Source of the DNA: Savitreella phatthalungensis
Taxonomy: Eukaryota
Reading direction: 5' to 3'
NCBI GenBank assembly: GCA_051599415.1
Contig: AP039691.1
Location: 310,001 to 374,000 of the forward strand
DNA length: 64,000 nt
The stretch's first letter is position 1. Each line of letters begins with the position of its first letter. The notes beneath the pieces are model-generated. The model worked only from the letters and a program-made list of their open reading frames with translations. It was not told where the DNA came from and ran no database searches. This document shows, piece by piece, positions 1-11,330 of this stretch. Made by a program: the position numbers and the translations under genes.

Positions 1-1594
1 GGTCGTCTAGCTTCACCATCCCGGATGAGTCTAGCTTCGCCGAGACAAACGCAGCAGGACTGCACGCGTACTCCTTCTTCAGGGATGAGATGGCATCCTG
101 CATACCGATGATGTCAAACTCGCCGATGTGTCGAGCTTTACCTTCGACGTCGTCTGACGCGATTGGAAGAGCAGGGTAAGCACCGTATCGGACGGTGTAC
201 TGCAAGTTGTTTGTCAAGGATGAAGGAAGAGTTAGGTTGAGGGCGGATTCGAAGGGAGTGCCATTAGGGAAGAGCTCTTCGAAATTGCCTTGGCCATCAT
301 GCGTGAAAGCGCCTTCGACCGGAAAGATCGATCGATCTTGGACGCGCACATCCTTGACCTTGAATCGGCCGGAGAGACCTGCACCACGGAAGACGGCACC
401 GATCGTAGCGGATTCATCCGCGTTCACGTTACGCGAAAGTTGTTCCTCCGACACGACATCGAGCAGAGCACGTTGGACGAACGGCACCCGTGTCGCGCCA
501 CCGTGAAGGATGAGCGATGTTATGTTCGATGCGTCGATCGACGCGGCTGCAAAGGCGTTCTTCAGCACCGCTGATACACGCGGCGCCATACCCTGTGTAA
601 GCTCTTCGAATTGGACGCGGCTGATCTTGCGCCTGAAGTCGACATTCTCGTGCAGCGACTCGACGGAGAGAGTCGCTTCTGTGTTGGCCGATAGCACTTG
701 CTTGATCTTATTGCTCTCACGAAGAAGACGGGAGAGGGCTCTGGGGTTCTTGCGCATCTCTCGCTCAAGCTGCTTCTGCTCAGTTGAGTCGAACTCTGTG
801 GCAAAGTGCTCAAATAGGACATCTGTCATCGCTTGACCACCGAGCGTTTTGTCGAAAGCCGTTCCAAGTACCTCGATCGACGTCACATTCTTCTTGAATC
901 TGCCAAAGTCCTTGACCAGCTTAGTCTCGAACTTGACCACGGTGGCCGAGGTCGAGCCTGCTCCAGAATCGAAGACGACGTGAATTTGGGGCTCGTCGAA
1001 GTGGCGTGCCTTTGCGTAGTCGATCGCCACAGCCACACCGTCGCTGATGAGCGACATGACCTTGACGTTGGCCAGTCGGGCTGCTTCGATCAAGGCACCA
1101 CGCTGACGCTCGGTGAAGAACGGAGGGACGGTGAGCACGACTCCATCAATCTCCTCGCCGGCCATGATGCGTGCATTGTAGACCATATTGGCGATTTGAT
1201 TGGCCACAAGCTCCTCGACAAGAGCAGTCGTCTTGAATCTCTCAAATGCAACGACGTTGTTGTCGGTACCCGGAGCGAGCTTGACTGCCGGGAAGCGTGC
1301 CAGGTAGTCCTTGACTGCCTGAGAATCGCGACGCTGACCAAGCAGCAGCTTGAGCTCAGGGAATGTTTCCTGTGGGAATCTGCCGCTCAACGCGATTGCG
1401 TCTTCACCGTAAGACCGCTCGTTCTTCTTGAAGCCGATGACAGATTGCTCTTTCCGCCGACTGGCCATTGTGATAACCATCTCCATCGGGATACCAGGCT
1501 TTACCAGCCCTGCTTTTGTCCACTGATGACCATAGTCGATGCCCAAGATGGCAGCCTGGGCGATCGCCAGAAGATATGCTGCCCGTAACAGCAT
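1..1594 (-). CDS. LHS1: ER lumenal Hsp70-family chaperone/nucleotide exchange factor (Lhs1/Grp170/HYOU1), 3'-truncated by the window edge
   Basis: Manual translation from ATG at 1594 (-) gives MLLRAAYLLAIAQAAILGIDYGHQWTKAGLVKPGIPMEMVITMASRRKEQSVIGFKKNERSYGEDAIALSGRFP: signal peptide plus the Hsp70 'ILGIDYG' phosphate-1 motif and the Lhs1-type 'VKPGIP..RK' segment. The frame runs off the window, so it is missing from the ORF track. Confidence 0.9.
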   Translation of the reverse strand, partial: MLLRAAYLLAIAQAAILGIDYGHQWTKAGLVKPGIPMEMVITMASRRKEQSVIGFKKNERSYGEDAIALSGRFPQETFPELKLLLGQRRDSQAVKDYLARFPAVKLAPGTDNNVVAFERFKTTALVEELVANQIANMVYNARIMAGEEIDGVVLTVPPFFTERQRGALIEAARLANVKVMSLISDGVAVAIDYAKARHFDEPQIHVVFDSGAGSTSATVVKFETKLVKDFGRFKKNVTSIEVLGTAFDKTLGGQAMTDVLFEHFATEFDSTEQKQLEREMRKNPRALSRLLRESNKIKQVLSANTEATLSVESLHENVDFRRKISRVQFEELTQGMAPRVSAVLKNAFAAASIDASNITSLILHGGATRVPFVQRALLDVVSEEQLSRNVNADESATIGAVFRGAGLSGRFKVKDVRVQDRSIFPVEGAFTHDGQGNFEELFPNGTPFESALNLTLPSSLTNNLQYTVRYGAYPALPIASDDVEGKARHIGEFDIIGMQDAISSLKKEYACSPAAFVSAKLDSSGMVKLDD

Positions 1595-2223
1595 CACGAT
1601 AGAGCTCGGTCTCTGGGTCTACCCGCTTTGTGAGCAGAAATGCAGTAATAGAAGTCTTATAAATGGTGTGCCGATGCCACGTATGCCTCGGACGGGAGCG
1701 GTACAAGCGTGTTGGTCACGCGTCTCGTGCGGATTCTGCGTGACGGATCGGGACCTGTTTGACGGATTCCACGAAAGTCGTCGCTGCTGATCGTTACTAA
1801 TACAAGCAAACAGTGTGGCTTCACTCGCTACCACTTCTGATTGACAAGATGATGGGAAGTAAGCGTCCTTTTGATGCCACAACCCTGAGGCTCTTACTGT
1901 GTCCGTACTTACGTGGGGTTTTCTCGTTTCTGCTACGTAGCATTAAAATTCTTGAACTGCACGTCGATCATTTGACACATGCATGTAAACCATCGAAGGC
2001 TGTTGTGGCACAAAATAAGGTTTCTTATGCACCGATGTTCTTGGATCGAGGCAAAGTCAGGACGAGGTCAGCACCATGCGGTGTCATGACCTCTATCCAT
2101 AGAGTGAAAGAGGGGAGTCAAAAGCGCTCAAGGCTTATCCATTCAATCATTTCTTGTTGCCTAAGCTTTTCATGCTGATCTCTCTTGTCCGTGTCTCTTG
2201 CTTTTAAATCACCCTTTTCACGT

Positions 2224-3099
2224 TCAATCGAGCTTGTGTCTGTCGGCTAGGACACCGCGATCGTATAAGACTTGCTGAATCGTATTGGCTGAGATGCGTT
2301 CAGATGAAGGGATCTCATCTGGGAGACGCATGAGTGTCGTCCTGAGGTCACCGTCGGCGTAGTGTAGTATGGCTGGCGTAGCGGCAGCGTCGATTTCCGC
2401 CTCGTGCGCGTCCAGGGCAATGAATCGTTGGCCTGGGTATCGACGAGCCACGCGCTCGATGGCCTCTTCGACCTCTTCCGCCTCCTTTTCGTCCACTTCA
2501 GCGTCGCCTGTATTCTCGAATGCCCAGACGAGCACGACAACCTCACTGAGACCGTCGATGGCCTCAAGATATCCTGTCGCGTCGACACGCGTCAGCCGGC
2601 CTGGAACGTACCGAGACGACAATGCGGTCGGGTAATTCTTCGACAGTTCCTTCATGCGTTTTTCCTGCCAGCGCTGACGAGCGTCTTCCTCGTCACGATC
2701 CTGTGCAAACGTCGTCGGCATGAGTTTCTCTGCAGCGGCTTGTGCGAAAACGCGCTGTTGCTGACGAGCATGCGCTTGACTCGCAAGTGATGCGTCAAAC
2801 GCTCGCGCATCTGCGCGAACTCCTTTCGGCCCGGTGTTGAGTGACATGGCGCCGTTTGCGCTCAGCTGGGGTTTCGGTCCGCCTGTTGTAATGCTGGACG
2901 CTGCTAGGGACGATGTCGTCCGAAGTGAGTCAGTATCGACATTCTTTGAGCCGGGTCGACCGCCGCGCAAAGAAGAAACACTTTCATCTATCTCATCGCT
3001 GCGCACTGACGCACGAGATGAAGAACGGGAGTCTGGCCGCACAGTTTGGCCACCGACTCTTCCAGTCAGCTGTCGCAGTTCCGCCTCGACATCAGCCAT
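2224..3099 (-). CDS. Phosducin-like protein (PhLP1/BDM-1 type G-beta-gamma chaperone)
   Basis: 291-aa ORF with the phosducin hallmark NTGPKGVRADAR, followed by WQEKRMKEL and a C-terminal thioredoxin-like domain (RRYPGQRFIALDA...PAILHYADGDL). Confidence 0.88.
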   Translation of the reverse strand: MADVEAELRQLTGRVGGQTVRPDSRSSSRASVRSDEIDESVSSLRGGRPGSKNVDTDSLRTTSSLAASSITTGGPKPQLSANGAMSLNTGPKGVRADARAFDASLASQAHARQQQRVFAQAAAEKLMPTTFAQDRDEEDARQRWQEKRMKELSKNYPTALSSRYVPGRLTRVDATGYLEAIDGLSEVVVLVWAFENTGDAEVDEKEAEEVEEAIERVARRYPGQRFIALDAHEAEIDAAATPAILHYADGDLRTTLMRLPDEIPSSERISANTIQQVLYDRGVLADRHKLD

Positions 3100-4115
3100 G
3101 CTGCCTCACGCCTATTGTCCTGTTGCGAGTATTAAATGCAAGTCTTCGTCAGCACGCTTCAGTCAGCACGCTTCAGCTAGCCTCGAATATGTATGCAGTG
3201 AACTCGCGTGGCTTTGTTGCGTGAGTTCAGACAGATCGTTCGAGGTAGAAGATCAAAGTCCGAGAGACGACTCGCGCTGGACCAGAGAAGGTTCGGATCG
3301 AACTCGCAAAAGAGAGAATGATCTGCTGAGGAGTACTGGAGATATAGCCTTTGTCCTCAGTAGAAGCTACGCAGATGTCCTTGATTGTCATAGTTGCTGT
3401 GATCGACACAGGTTTCAAGTGATCGCAATGGGCATCTGACCTTGCAGGACTTGGGGCGCACATTTCTGTATAGTCAATATATGCACCGGCAGTACTCATG
3501 TCCAGCTCAAAATTCATGGTTCAAGGAATTTATACCCGCAGTGCATGTAGACTCTGATTTCGATACTCCACAGCAATTTTCTCCCCGCCTTAATGATTGA
3601 CTGGCAGGTATGGGTTTGCACAGAGTTGTATACTGCCCGGCAGTTGTCCGGTCACCACTACAATTGTTTGACAGGGATCTATCAGGATCACTGAATTCTG
3701 TTATCGCGCTCTTAACGTCATCTAGGTTGAAGTACCAGATGACTGCATCGATCGACTACAGGTTCTCTTTGGCATGCAGATGTCTGAGCATGTGTCCGAA
3801 CTCATAAAGGGTTTTACAACGGAAACATACATGGTCATGCCACAGGCGACGACGACGATGACGACAACATGTATTCTTGTTACGAAAGTGCAGTGCTTAG
3901 GTAGGGTTTGAGTGACTTGCGCATAGCAACGCAGTGTTGAGGAGGAAAGCCACGTTAGTGAATCTTGGAATGGTTTGGTTTTGCTGTCGCGAGTGTAAAG
4001 TATGGCGATGGGTTGTTGATTTTGCTGGAAGAGATTTGTCTATGCCGGGAAAGGGCTAAAACTACAATGAGTGACTGATCGGGATGCGCTTGTGACGCTA
4101 CAATCACGTGCAAGT

Positions 4116-5171
4116 CTACACCCAGACTTTGAGCAGGGCATCCCAAGAGCCTGTGCAGAGGGAGAGGCCATCCTTGCTGACGCCGAGACAGGAGACGCGG
4201 TTATCGTGGCCCTGCAGGACTCCAACACGGTCTCCCTTGAGCACGTCCCAGACGTTACAATTGAAATCATCGTAGCCCGCGAAGAGAAGACGTCCAGATG
4301 CGCTGAAGGCGATAGATGTGATACCACAGAGGATGCTGTCAGATGTGTATTGATTGAGTTCGCGATCTGCACGCAGGTCAAAGAGCCGGGCAGAGGCATC
4401 GTCCGAGCCCGAGCCAAAAGCATTGCCGTTCGGGAAGAACTGTACGGCGTTGATGTCAGATTCGTGTCCGGCAAACGTCTGAACCGATTTGCCCGTGCGC
4501 ACATCCCAGACCTTGGCAAAGGAATCGCACGCTCCGGATACGAAGATGTTCGGGTTCTCAGGGTGAATCGACAGAGACATGACATCACCGAGGTGATCTG
4601 TGAATTCCGTCACTTTCTGACCTGTGCTAATGTCCCATAGCATACAAGTCATATCGCCAGACGAAGTCAAGATTTTGCGGTCGTTGATGAATCTGCAGCA
4701 TGACAGGTAACCCGCATGTCCAGAAAGTTCGCGGCTGACGCGCGTCGGACCCTCGCGAGCGTTGAGGTTGTAAATAGAGCAAATGTTGTCGAGACCGCCG
4801 CACGCGACCATATTGCCCGATGGTGCATATGCACAGGTCATTACCCAGGAAGACCGCAGTGGGATTGCGTGGATCTTGTTCGTCGTGTGAGCATCCCAGA
4901 TGATGAGCTTACCGTCCTGAGAAGCCGAGACGAGATGCTTGCGGTCCTCTGCCCAGTGCATTGCATAAATCTTGGCCAAATGACCCTTCAACGTCCGCCG
5001 GACTTTCATGCCAACCTTAGGCAAGGGAGGGATCGACTGAGCGACCGTGCGCAGCTCGGTATCCGCGAGCTCGTCCTTCTTTCGCTTGATGCGCTCTTTG
5101 AGGCCTTCCGCCTCTTTCCGTGCGGCGGCAATGCGCTCTTGCATATCTGCTTGCGATGTGACAGCTGCCAT
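4116..5171 (-). CDS. GNB1: Heterotrimeric G-protein beta subunit (7 WD40 repeats)
   Basis: 351 aa; N-terminal coiled coil, then [48 protein letters not shown] and TGSWD motifs; intronless. Confidence 0.98.
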   Translation of the reverse strand: MAAVTSQADMQERIAAARKEAEGLKERIKRKKDELADTELRTVAQSIPPLPKVGMKVRRTLKGHLAKIYAMHWAEDRKHLVSASQDGKLIIWDAHTTNKIHAIPLRSSWVMTCAYAPSGNMVACGGLDNICSIYNLNAREGPTRVSRELSGHAGYLSCCRFINDRKILTSSGDMTCMLWDISTGQKVTEFTDHLGDVMSLSIHPENPNIFVSGACDSFAKVWDVRTGKSVQTFAGHESDINAVQFFPNGNAFGSGSDDASARLFDLRADRELNQYTSDSILCGITSIAFSASGRLLFAGYDDFNCNVWDVLKGDRVGVLQGHDNRVSCLGVSKDGLSLCTGSWDALLKVWV

Positions 5172-8100
5172 GTTGAGGAATCAATGAATGATCGCTTGAT
5201 TGCGTAGAATGAGGCCTCGAGGCCGGTGATGAAATGAGTGTAGTGGTAACGACGGGATTACACGGGTCGATGGGAGGAATCAGCCACAAGATCTCGTGCA
5301 ATCTCTATCGCGCGGAGGGTATGATGCGATGATCGTATCAGCGGATCGGCGAGACAGCTAGCAATCGCAAACTGTTTCGATCCAGTAGATTTGATCGAGT
5401 GCTCACTCGCGGTTAAGCGTCGCTACCGGTTCGAATGAGTCAAGACTTCCTGTGATGCCGTGTCAACGACTCCTATCAATGTCTCGCGAGAGCTCGTCCA
5501 CCAGTGTAGATGACTGGGTATCAACAAGCCCGTGCGTTAATGTGAGGAGACGATATTCGACGAAATCGCTCCTTCGCGTTCAGAATGTCCACGAGTGCAG
5601 ATCCTTGCCTTACAGAATGAATACCCCAAGAGCGGGTCCGACGGTCGGGGCGATGCTCTGATATATGCTGATGTGTCGTTCAACTTGCTACTCCACGCTA
5701 GAGGATGACGCGCGTGGTCGGAAGGATGTGTCGTTGGGACGAGGTGTGGTGTAGGGTTCGGCTGGTAGTTTGTGAGGCAGCCAGTGCGCGGAAGTCGGCG
5801 TTGCGTTCGTTGCGTTTGTCGGTACGTGGAGTATGAGTGCGAGACACAGATTCGAAAGTGACAGCAAAGAGACAGAGTCAGGGAGAGCGAGAGTCAGTAA
5901 GAGCAGGCGACTGAGCTTGAGGATTTAGGACTGCAAAAAGGAAGGCAAACAGAGCTGGTCGACAAAGGCTGGCCACTTACTCGTCCTTTACATTAGCCAG
6001 CTCAGGATCAAGACTCTTCTTAGGGCGAGGCGAGGCGAGACCATCGAAAGAACAGCGCTACAGGTCTGTGCTTCTCCGTGTTCTGCCATCCACCCGAGCG
6101 AAGGCTGATTGCTGAATCTATCACCGGTGAAGGAAAAGTATGATATAGCGGTGAGACATGGAACCAAACGTGATATCACAGAAGAACAATACACTTTCAA
6201 TCAAACCGGAGTGGAACTTTGGATGTAGCTGATCGAGCCTATTTAGAGGTTCAAGATTGTGCAGCTTACTCACCGCCGAGAATATAGGTGGAGAGCTCTC
6301 AACAAATCACTGATATGGAATCATATTCGACAGCTACAGTATCTATGGCTAGTGAGCGACAGGCAATTCATCGATTGACAGTGTTTGAATTCGACTCTCC
6401 GTTTTTAGCTTGTTGTAGATTCGAAGCATAGACTGCCATGCATGAATTCTTGGGATCTGAGAGAATGGAATCCAGTTGGCGTGTAAGGTTGCTAAATTCC
6501 CCAAGAGTTTTGGAATTGAGAAAAGGGGCTGGGTTGAAATATAACGTGCTGGCGTGAAAGCCAGCTTCAAATCCTTCGATTCACTGGATGTGGCTACTTG
6601 TCTTAATTCATAGGCCTGTATCTGTGGAAGCCAATACCCCCTCCTACTGGCCATCGAGCCAACGCGATTTCGATATCAGTCCATTGCAAGCTAGCTAGGT
6701 CCAGAGGTCCAACCAATCTGACCTAGACAGACTTCCTTGGTATGCTTTCCTCGAAGCCTGGGGCGATGGGGAACGGGATCTTTTTCCTCGTTTGAAGCTG
6801 CTCCACCGGTCAATCTTTCCATGGAGCTGAATTCTTGCCCTTGCACGGGTCAATGGCCCCGGGAAGCCCAGCTAATTCAGATAGTCCATCTTCGCTACCA
6901 CTACTGCACGCGGGCGATCGCTCGCTCTCTCCCCGCCCCATGTAGACCTCCCCGTCTATTGTGCTCCCTTTCCGGCACTCTTTGTAAATGTCATTCCGTT
7001 GCATCTTACTTAACGGGGCACACACATATGATCCTGTCTTCCAAGGTAGTATAATCCATTGGCGCCATCCTTCGGCAAGATAGACCCGATGTATTTGACA
7101 GTCCACTATATGCTGGGCATGCCCGCGCCGGAATTGCCAGGCGGACGGCTGTATCAGGTGCCGTCTCCAGGGCCCGCGTGATACAGCGGGTGGAAGTACT
7201 CGTGCTAGCGAAACATATTGCAGGGCACGTGCAAAACCTGTAAGCTGTGATCATCATCTAGATGTCGACGCTCGCGAGTCGTCCGTATGCAAAGATGCCT
7301 GCGACGACACGAGCGTGCCACGGTACGATGGTCTGAAGAAGATGCTTGAGCGATTGAGGAATTATACAAAATGTCTCGGCTGAAGTGATGGGCACAAGCG
7401 ATAGGCCTATCTGGCGAGATCGTCAATTTGCAGAAACAACAAATGAACGAATGAATGCATAGTTGTGGATAATAAGCGCCTCTCGACCAAAAGACAACAG
7501 GTTTGAACCCAGGCTTCATCACACGATGTATCATGAACAGTCGGTAGCGACAACTTCTGAAGTGCTCCCTGACATTTTGCAAGGAACGGATTAGTTCGCC
7601 TTCCGTTTGCGTTGCCATGGTGACTTCAGTGGAAGAAAGCAAGTACAGCGAGTCACAGGTGACTTCGGCGCTTGTTGATCAAACAAGCTACCTTACCAGC
7701 ACAAATTGAGCCCCAGCGTCTGGAGACTACGCGTCGTGGTTTCGATTGCCAGAGCTGGAATCTACTTCCGCGATCATGACAAATGGTTCGATGTCCAGTA
7801 GACTCACCTGGTTTTGCAAGCGCTGTTTCGAGTTTCTTTCGAATGCTGAGTTTAAAACCGTTGGGCCGTAGCGAGCCATCGGTCTGACATATGGCGACAT
7901 CACATACCCACCTAGATCCGCCGAAATAAGCTGGTAGTTCGCTGCAACTCTATGTCGCCATAGCCTTAACTCAATCTCTCTCTCTTCAGTCCTATCATTT
8001 TCATAGGTGAGCAGCTCCCGCAGAAGCAGCTGCAGATTTTAGAGGCTCTAAGCTAATCCTATGCATCTCGATCTAATGCCTGACCACGAGATCCATGAGG

Positions 8101-8764
8101 ACTTGAAGCCTTAAGAACGCGAAGAAGTGCGATGTGCATTGCCACTGTGGACCAGGTTCACGATCGTTCTGATCCAAGTTCATCACATCTGATGATCTCC
8201 TCATGGTGTTCGGTTTCTGATCTGGGCTTGATCAATTAATTATCTGTGATCTCCCTGATCCAAGTCGTTCTCTGCCTGGATCAGAGCAGGAATTGTGTGG
8301 AGAAGCAGGCAACATTATGCAAACGTGGTGATCGACCAATCAGCAATCAGAACAATCCGTATCACACTCTGTCTGTAACCCATTCTGAGAGTCCACGGTC
8401 TCCATGCCCATCCTCTGACAGTCTCCTAACTTGCTCCACCAGGCTCTACCTACCCTGGAGACGTCACCGTTGGCAGGCACGCACCTGAGAGAATGTCATA
8501 ATGCAAATTGTCATTAGTAGAAGTGCATGCCAAGGTAAGTTCGAGCGAGTGAGCATTCTCTCGGAAATAGCTACAGCGCAAGAAATCACGCACAAACGCA
8601 CGCGTCACTAAAGTCCGTTGTGGACACAAGCAAGCACTCATCATCACGCGCACGCTTGTTTGCGTATCAGAGCAGACACTTTATTACACTTGAGTGCTAT
8701 TTGCTCGCAGGAAAGATTTGGCGCTGACGATTACAATAAATTACATCCAACCGACGAGCCAACG

Positions 8765-9940
8765 ATGACTGCCATGACCGCTTCTCAATCGCTCGCTGAC
8801 TTCGAGGTCATAGGGCTAGACGCCTCCACAGGCAGTCTCTCTGGCCCCGTGCGCGCCTCCGATGACGAGGATTTGAGCAGTGTGACATCTGGAGTTCCGT
8901 GTCACACCTTTACGAGTGACGAGGAGGACGAAACCGATGCTGACCCGTTGCTCAAGAAGGGAGATGGTGGGGAGTGCCTCGACGGCTCGACGATCCTTGC
9001 AAGCTCAACCGCGGAGGTTGCAAATTTGATCGCTAGTGACGTTACTTTGAAGCTGCCGAGGCTTAATTCTAACGGAGCACTGCGAGACATTGAGAAGCTT
9101 GAGCTGTCGTCACGTGACAGTCGGGCGAAGCTCGTTCGCGCCTCGACGTCACGTCGGGTAGCTTTGACAGCGATGCGTGCGCTAGCCTCGCTCTCCCTCG
9201 TACTGGGTCTTGTGTGGCTCGCTGTGCAAGGAGTCCTTGCAAGTCAATCGGCCGCCAGTCGCTCTGTCGATGCCGGCCTTGCCAAGGTCCAGCTGTTCGA
9301 GCTCGCTCAGCCAGCTGTCATCCTAACGAGCTCAACTGCGATCGATCAGTTTGACATTCGCGAGCTGGTCGACGATGCAGGTCGCAAGATACCTCATGAT
9401 CTGAGCCAGACTGCGGACTCTTCGAAGGATCTCTGGATCTTGTCGTGGAACGAGGCTGACGTGCATGGTAGCCCAGAGCTGCGGCTCAACCTTGGACTTT
9501 CGACAGGCTCAACGCGTACCTTCACAATTGAGCGGATTGTTGTGCCCGGCACACCGGCTTTGGAACATCGTCTCAGCGATGTCCTTGACAAGTTGCCATC
9601 GATTCCGGGAATGCTCGATGGGATGCGAGCTGCGGAGCGGGGAAGCATACGCCACCTCAAGGAAGCAGAACAATATGTGAGGGCTCGCGCCGAGCAGCTG
9701 AGAGAATCGCTTACGCCGTTCGCGATGCAGGTCAAGCGCATCGAACAGAGTATTGCCGAGAAAACACAGAGAGTCCTCGACAACCGACACGAAACAATCA
9801 GCAACCTCGTTAAGGGCGTAGACGTGGTGGTGGCTGACGCTCGGAGGGGTTACGAGCGCTTAAACACTCGGCTGCAAAAGCTGCAAGCAGAGACTGGGCG
9901 CAAACGTGAGCTCTCTAAGCGCATTTGTTTTTCCATATAG
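8765..9940 (+). CDS. Hypothetical single-pass membrane protein (acidic disordered N-terminus, one TM segment, C-terminal helical/coiled-coil region)
   Basis: Long ORF (track 8618-9940); first true ATG at 8765; hydrophobic stretch ALASLSLVLGLVWLAVQGVLA; helical-looking C-terminus. No family recognised. Confidence 0.7.
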   Translation: MTAMTASQSLADFEVIGLDASTGSLSGPVRASDDEDLSSVTSGVPCHTFTSDEEDETDADPLLKKGDGGECLDGSTILASSTAEVANLIASDVTLKLPRLNSNGALRDIEKLELSSRDSRAKLVRASTSRRVALTAMRALASLSLVLGLVWLAVQGVLASQSAASRSVDAGLAKVQLFELAQPAVILTSSTAIDQFDIRELVDDAGRKIPHDLSQTADSSKDLWILSWNEADVHGSPELRLNLGLSTGSTRTFTIERIVVPGTPALEHRLSDVLDKLPSIPGMLDGMRAAERGSIRHLKEAEQYVRARAEQLRESLTPFAMQVKRIEQSIAEKTQRVLDNRHETISNLVKGVDVVVADARRGYERLNTRLQKLQAETGRKRELSKRICFSI

Positions 9941-10234
9941 GGCACGTTTAGACTTCGGCCCAACCACGACCACCCATGAGCACGAATCATTTCATCATTT
10001 CATTCCTCGACCTTCCTCGACCTTTCGTTTCCGAGACCGCAACCAGAGATTTCCGATATAGCAGACGTCCAAATCGCAACAGCAATCCTTTCTTATACCA
10101 TTATGCACAGCTACGCAGCACGACGCATCCTGGAAACGACTATTCGTATTATGTTGTGCAAGATTGTCATCGTCGTCGTTATCACCGTCTGATTCTTGCC
10201 CCGAGAGAGCTTATTGTGCCATCAAATGTTCAGC

Positions 10235-10657
10235 TCAGATAGACGACTCTTGTGGCTGTACGAAAGGATTGGCGATCTCCTCACTGCCGTCGACAGGCGC
10301 AATCAGCACAAGTGTGGGTCCTCGGACGACGACAAGACCGAGTTTCCGTGGGGCTGCGGCGTTGATCTCTGAAGTGTCTTCTTCCACATCATCTAGCACC
10401 AAGTTCATCAATGTGTCGAATCCCTTGAGCGTTCCAGTTGCCTCCCGCCCGCCGACAAACTTGACTCGTACACGCTTGTCCTGGTATTTGTTCAGGTCGA
10501 GAATCTGTTCCTTCTTTGGTCGTGTAGACGATCCGCTCTGACCACCACCGCGACCACCACCACCTCCACCACCACCAGACGTGCTCCCTATTCTGCTAGC
10601 ACCTCCACGGCCACCGCCGGCATTACCACCACCGCGACCTCCGCCGCGGCCAGACAT
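10235..10657 (-). CDS. LSM7: U6 snRNA-associated Sm-like protein Lsm7
   Basis: RPKKEQILDLNKYQDKRVRVKFVGGREATGTLKGFDTLMNLVLDD...LGLVVVRGPTLVLIAPVDGSEEIANPF, with an N-terminal RGG/Gly-rich extension. Confidence 0.96.
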   Translation of the reverse strand: MSGRGGGRGGGNAGGGRGGASRIGSTSGGGGGGGGRGGGQSGSSTRPKKEQILDLNKYQDKRVRVKFVGGREATGTLKGFDTLMNLVLDDVEEDTSEINAAAPRKLGLVVVRGPTLVLIAPVDGSEEIANPFVQPQESSI

Positions 10658-11330
10658 AGAAATTTAAGGTGAGAGAATGAGAGTGACAAGATCAGAACCA
10701 CGTTCCTAACCCAGCAAATCTCAGCAGCGTAGACCGTCAAATATACTATACAGAGCAATTACGTGTTGAACTGATCTTCGTAGAGTCCTTTGCTTATAGT
10801 AGCTACTACTTCCTCCTCGTCTTCGTTGTCGTACCGTGTATATTGCTCGACGTTGTGTGTTACTTTTTGCACCTCTAGTCCCTCTGCTGCCTAGCGTAGG
10901 GTTGTCAGCTTCGTGTGACTCGATCGATGGTCTTGAGGCCTATCTACCAATTCCATGTAGTGCTCATAGCACCTGACAATCTGCTTTAAGGCTGACTGTC
11001 GTTGGATTTAGAATTACACTTGGTGGTGAATCTTCAGTGTTGAACTGATCATTACACCTCATAACAACACGCACCCATATGCACACACCCTCACCCAAAT
11101 AGTACTGCAACTCTGATTCTTCATCCGTCCATCTTCACAATAGAAGATTTCACTCGTTCAACAGCATTGCAAGGGGCAGGACGTCTAACGAACTTCGGAA
11201 GATAGCCAGCTGGACATTCATCTGGACGGCGCTCTTCTGTGTTCATCGCGCACACACTCTTTTCGCTCACTTTGGGAGCTTCTGACGGGATCTTGATCAC
11301 TGCAGACCCGAGAGCATCAAGTTGCCCAAC

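Noticed and set aside
833..1588. 251-aa plus-strand ORF and neighbouring short ORFs
   Set aside because: Antisense shadow of the LHS1 coding sequence; long antisense ORFs are common opposite Hsp70-family and codon-biased genes.
4071..5207. Plus-strand ORFs of 189 and 163 aa
   Set aside because: Antisense shadows of G-beta with no independent motifs.
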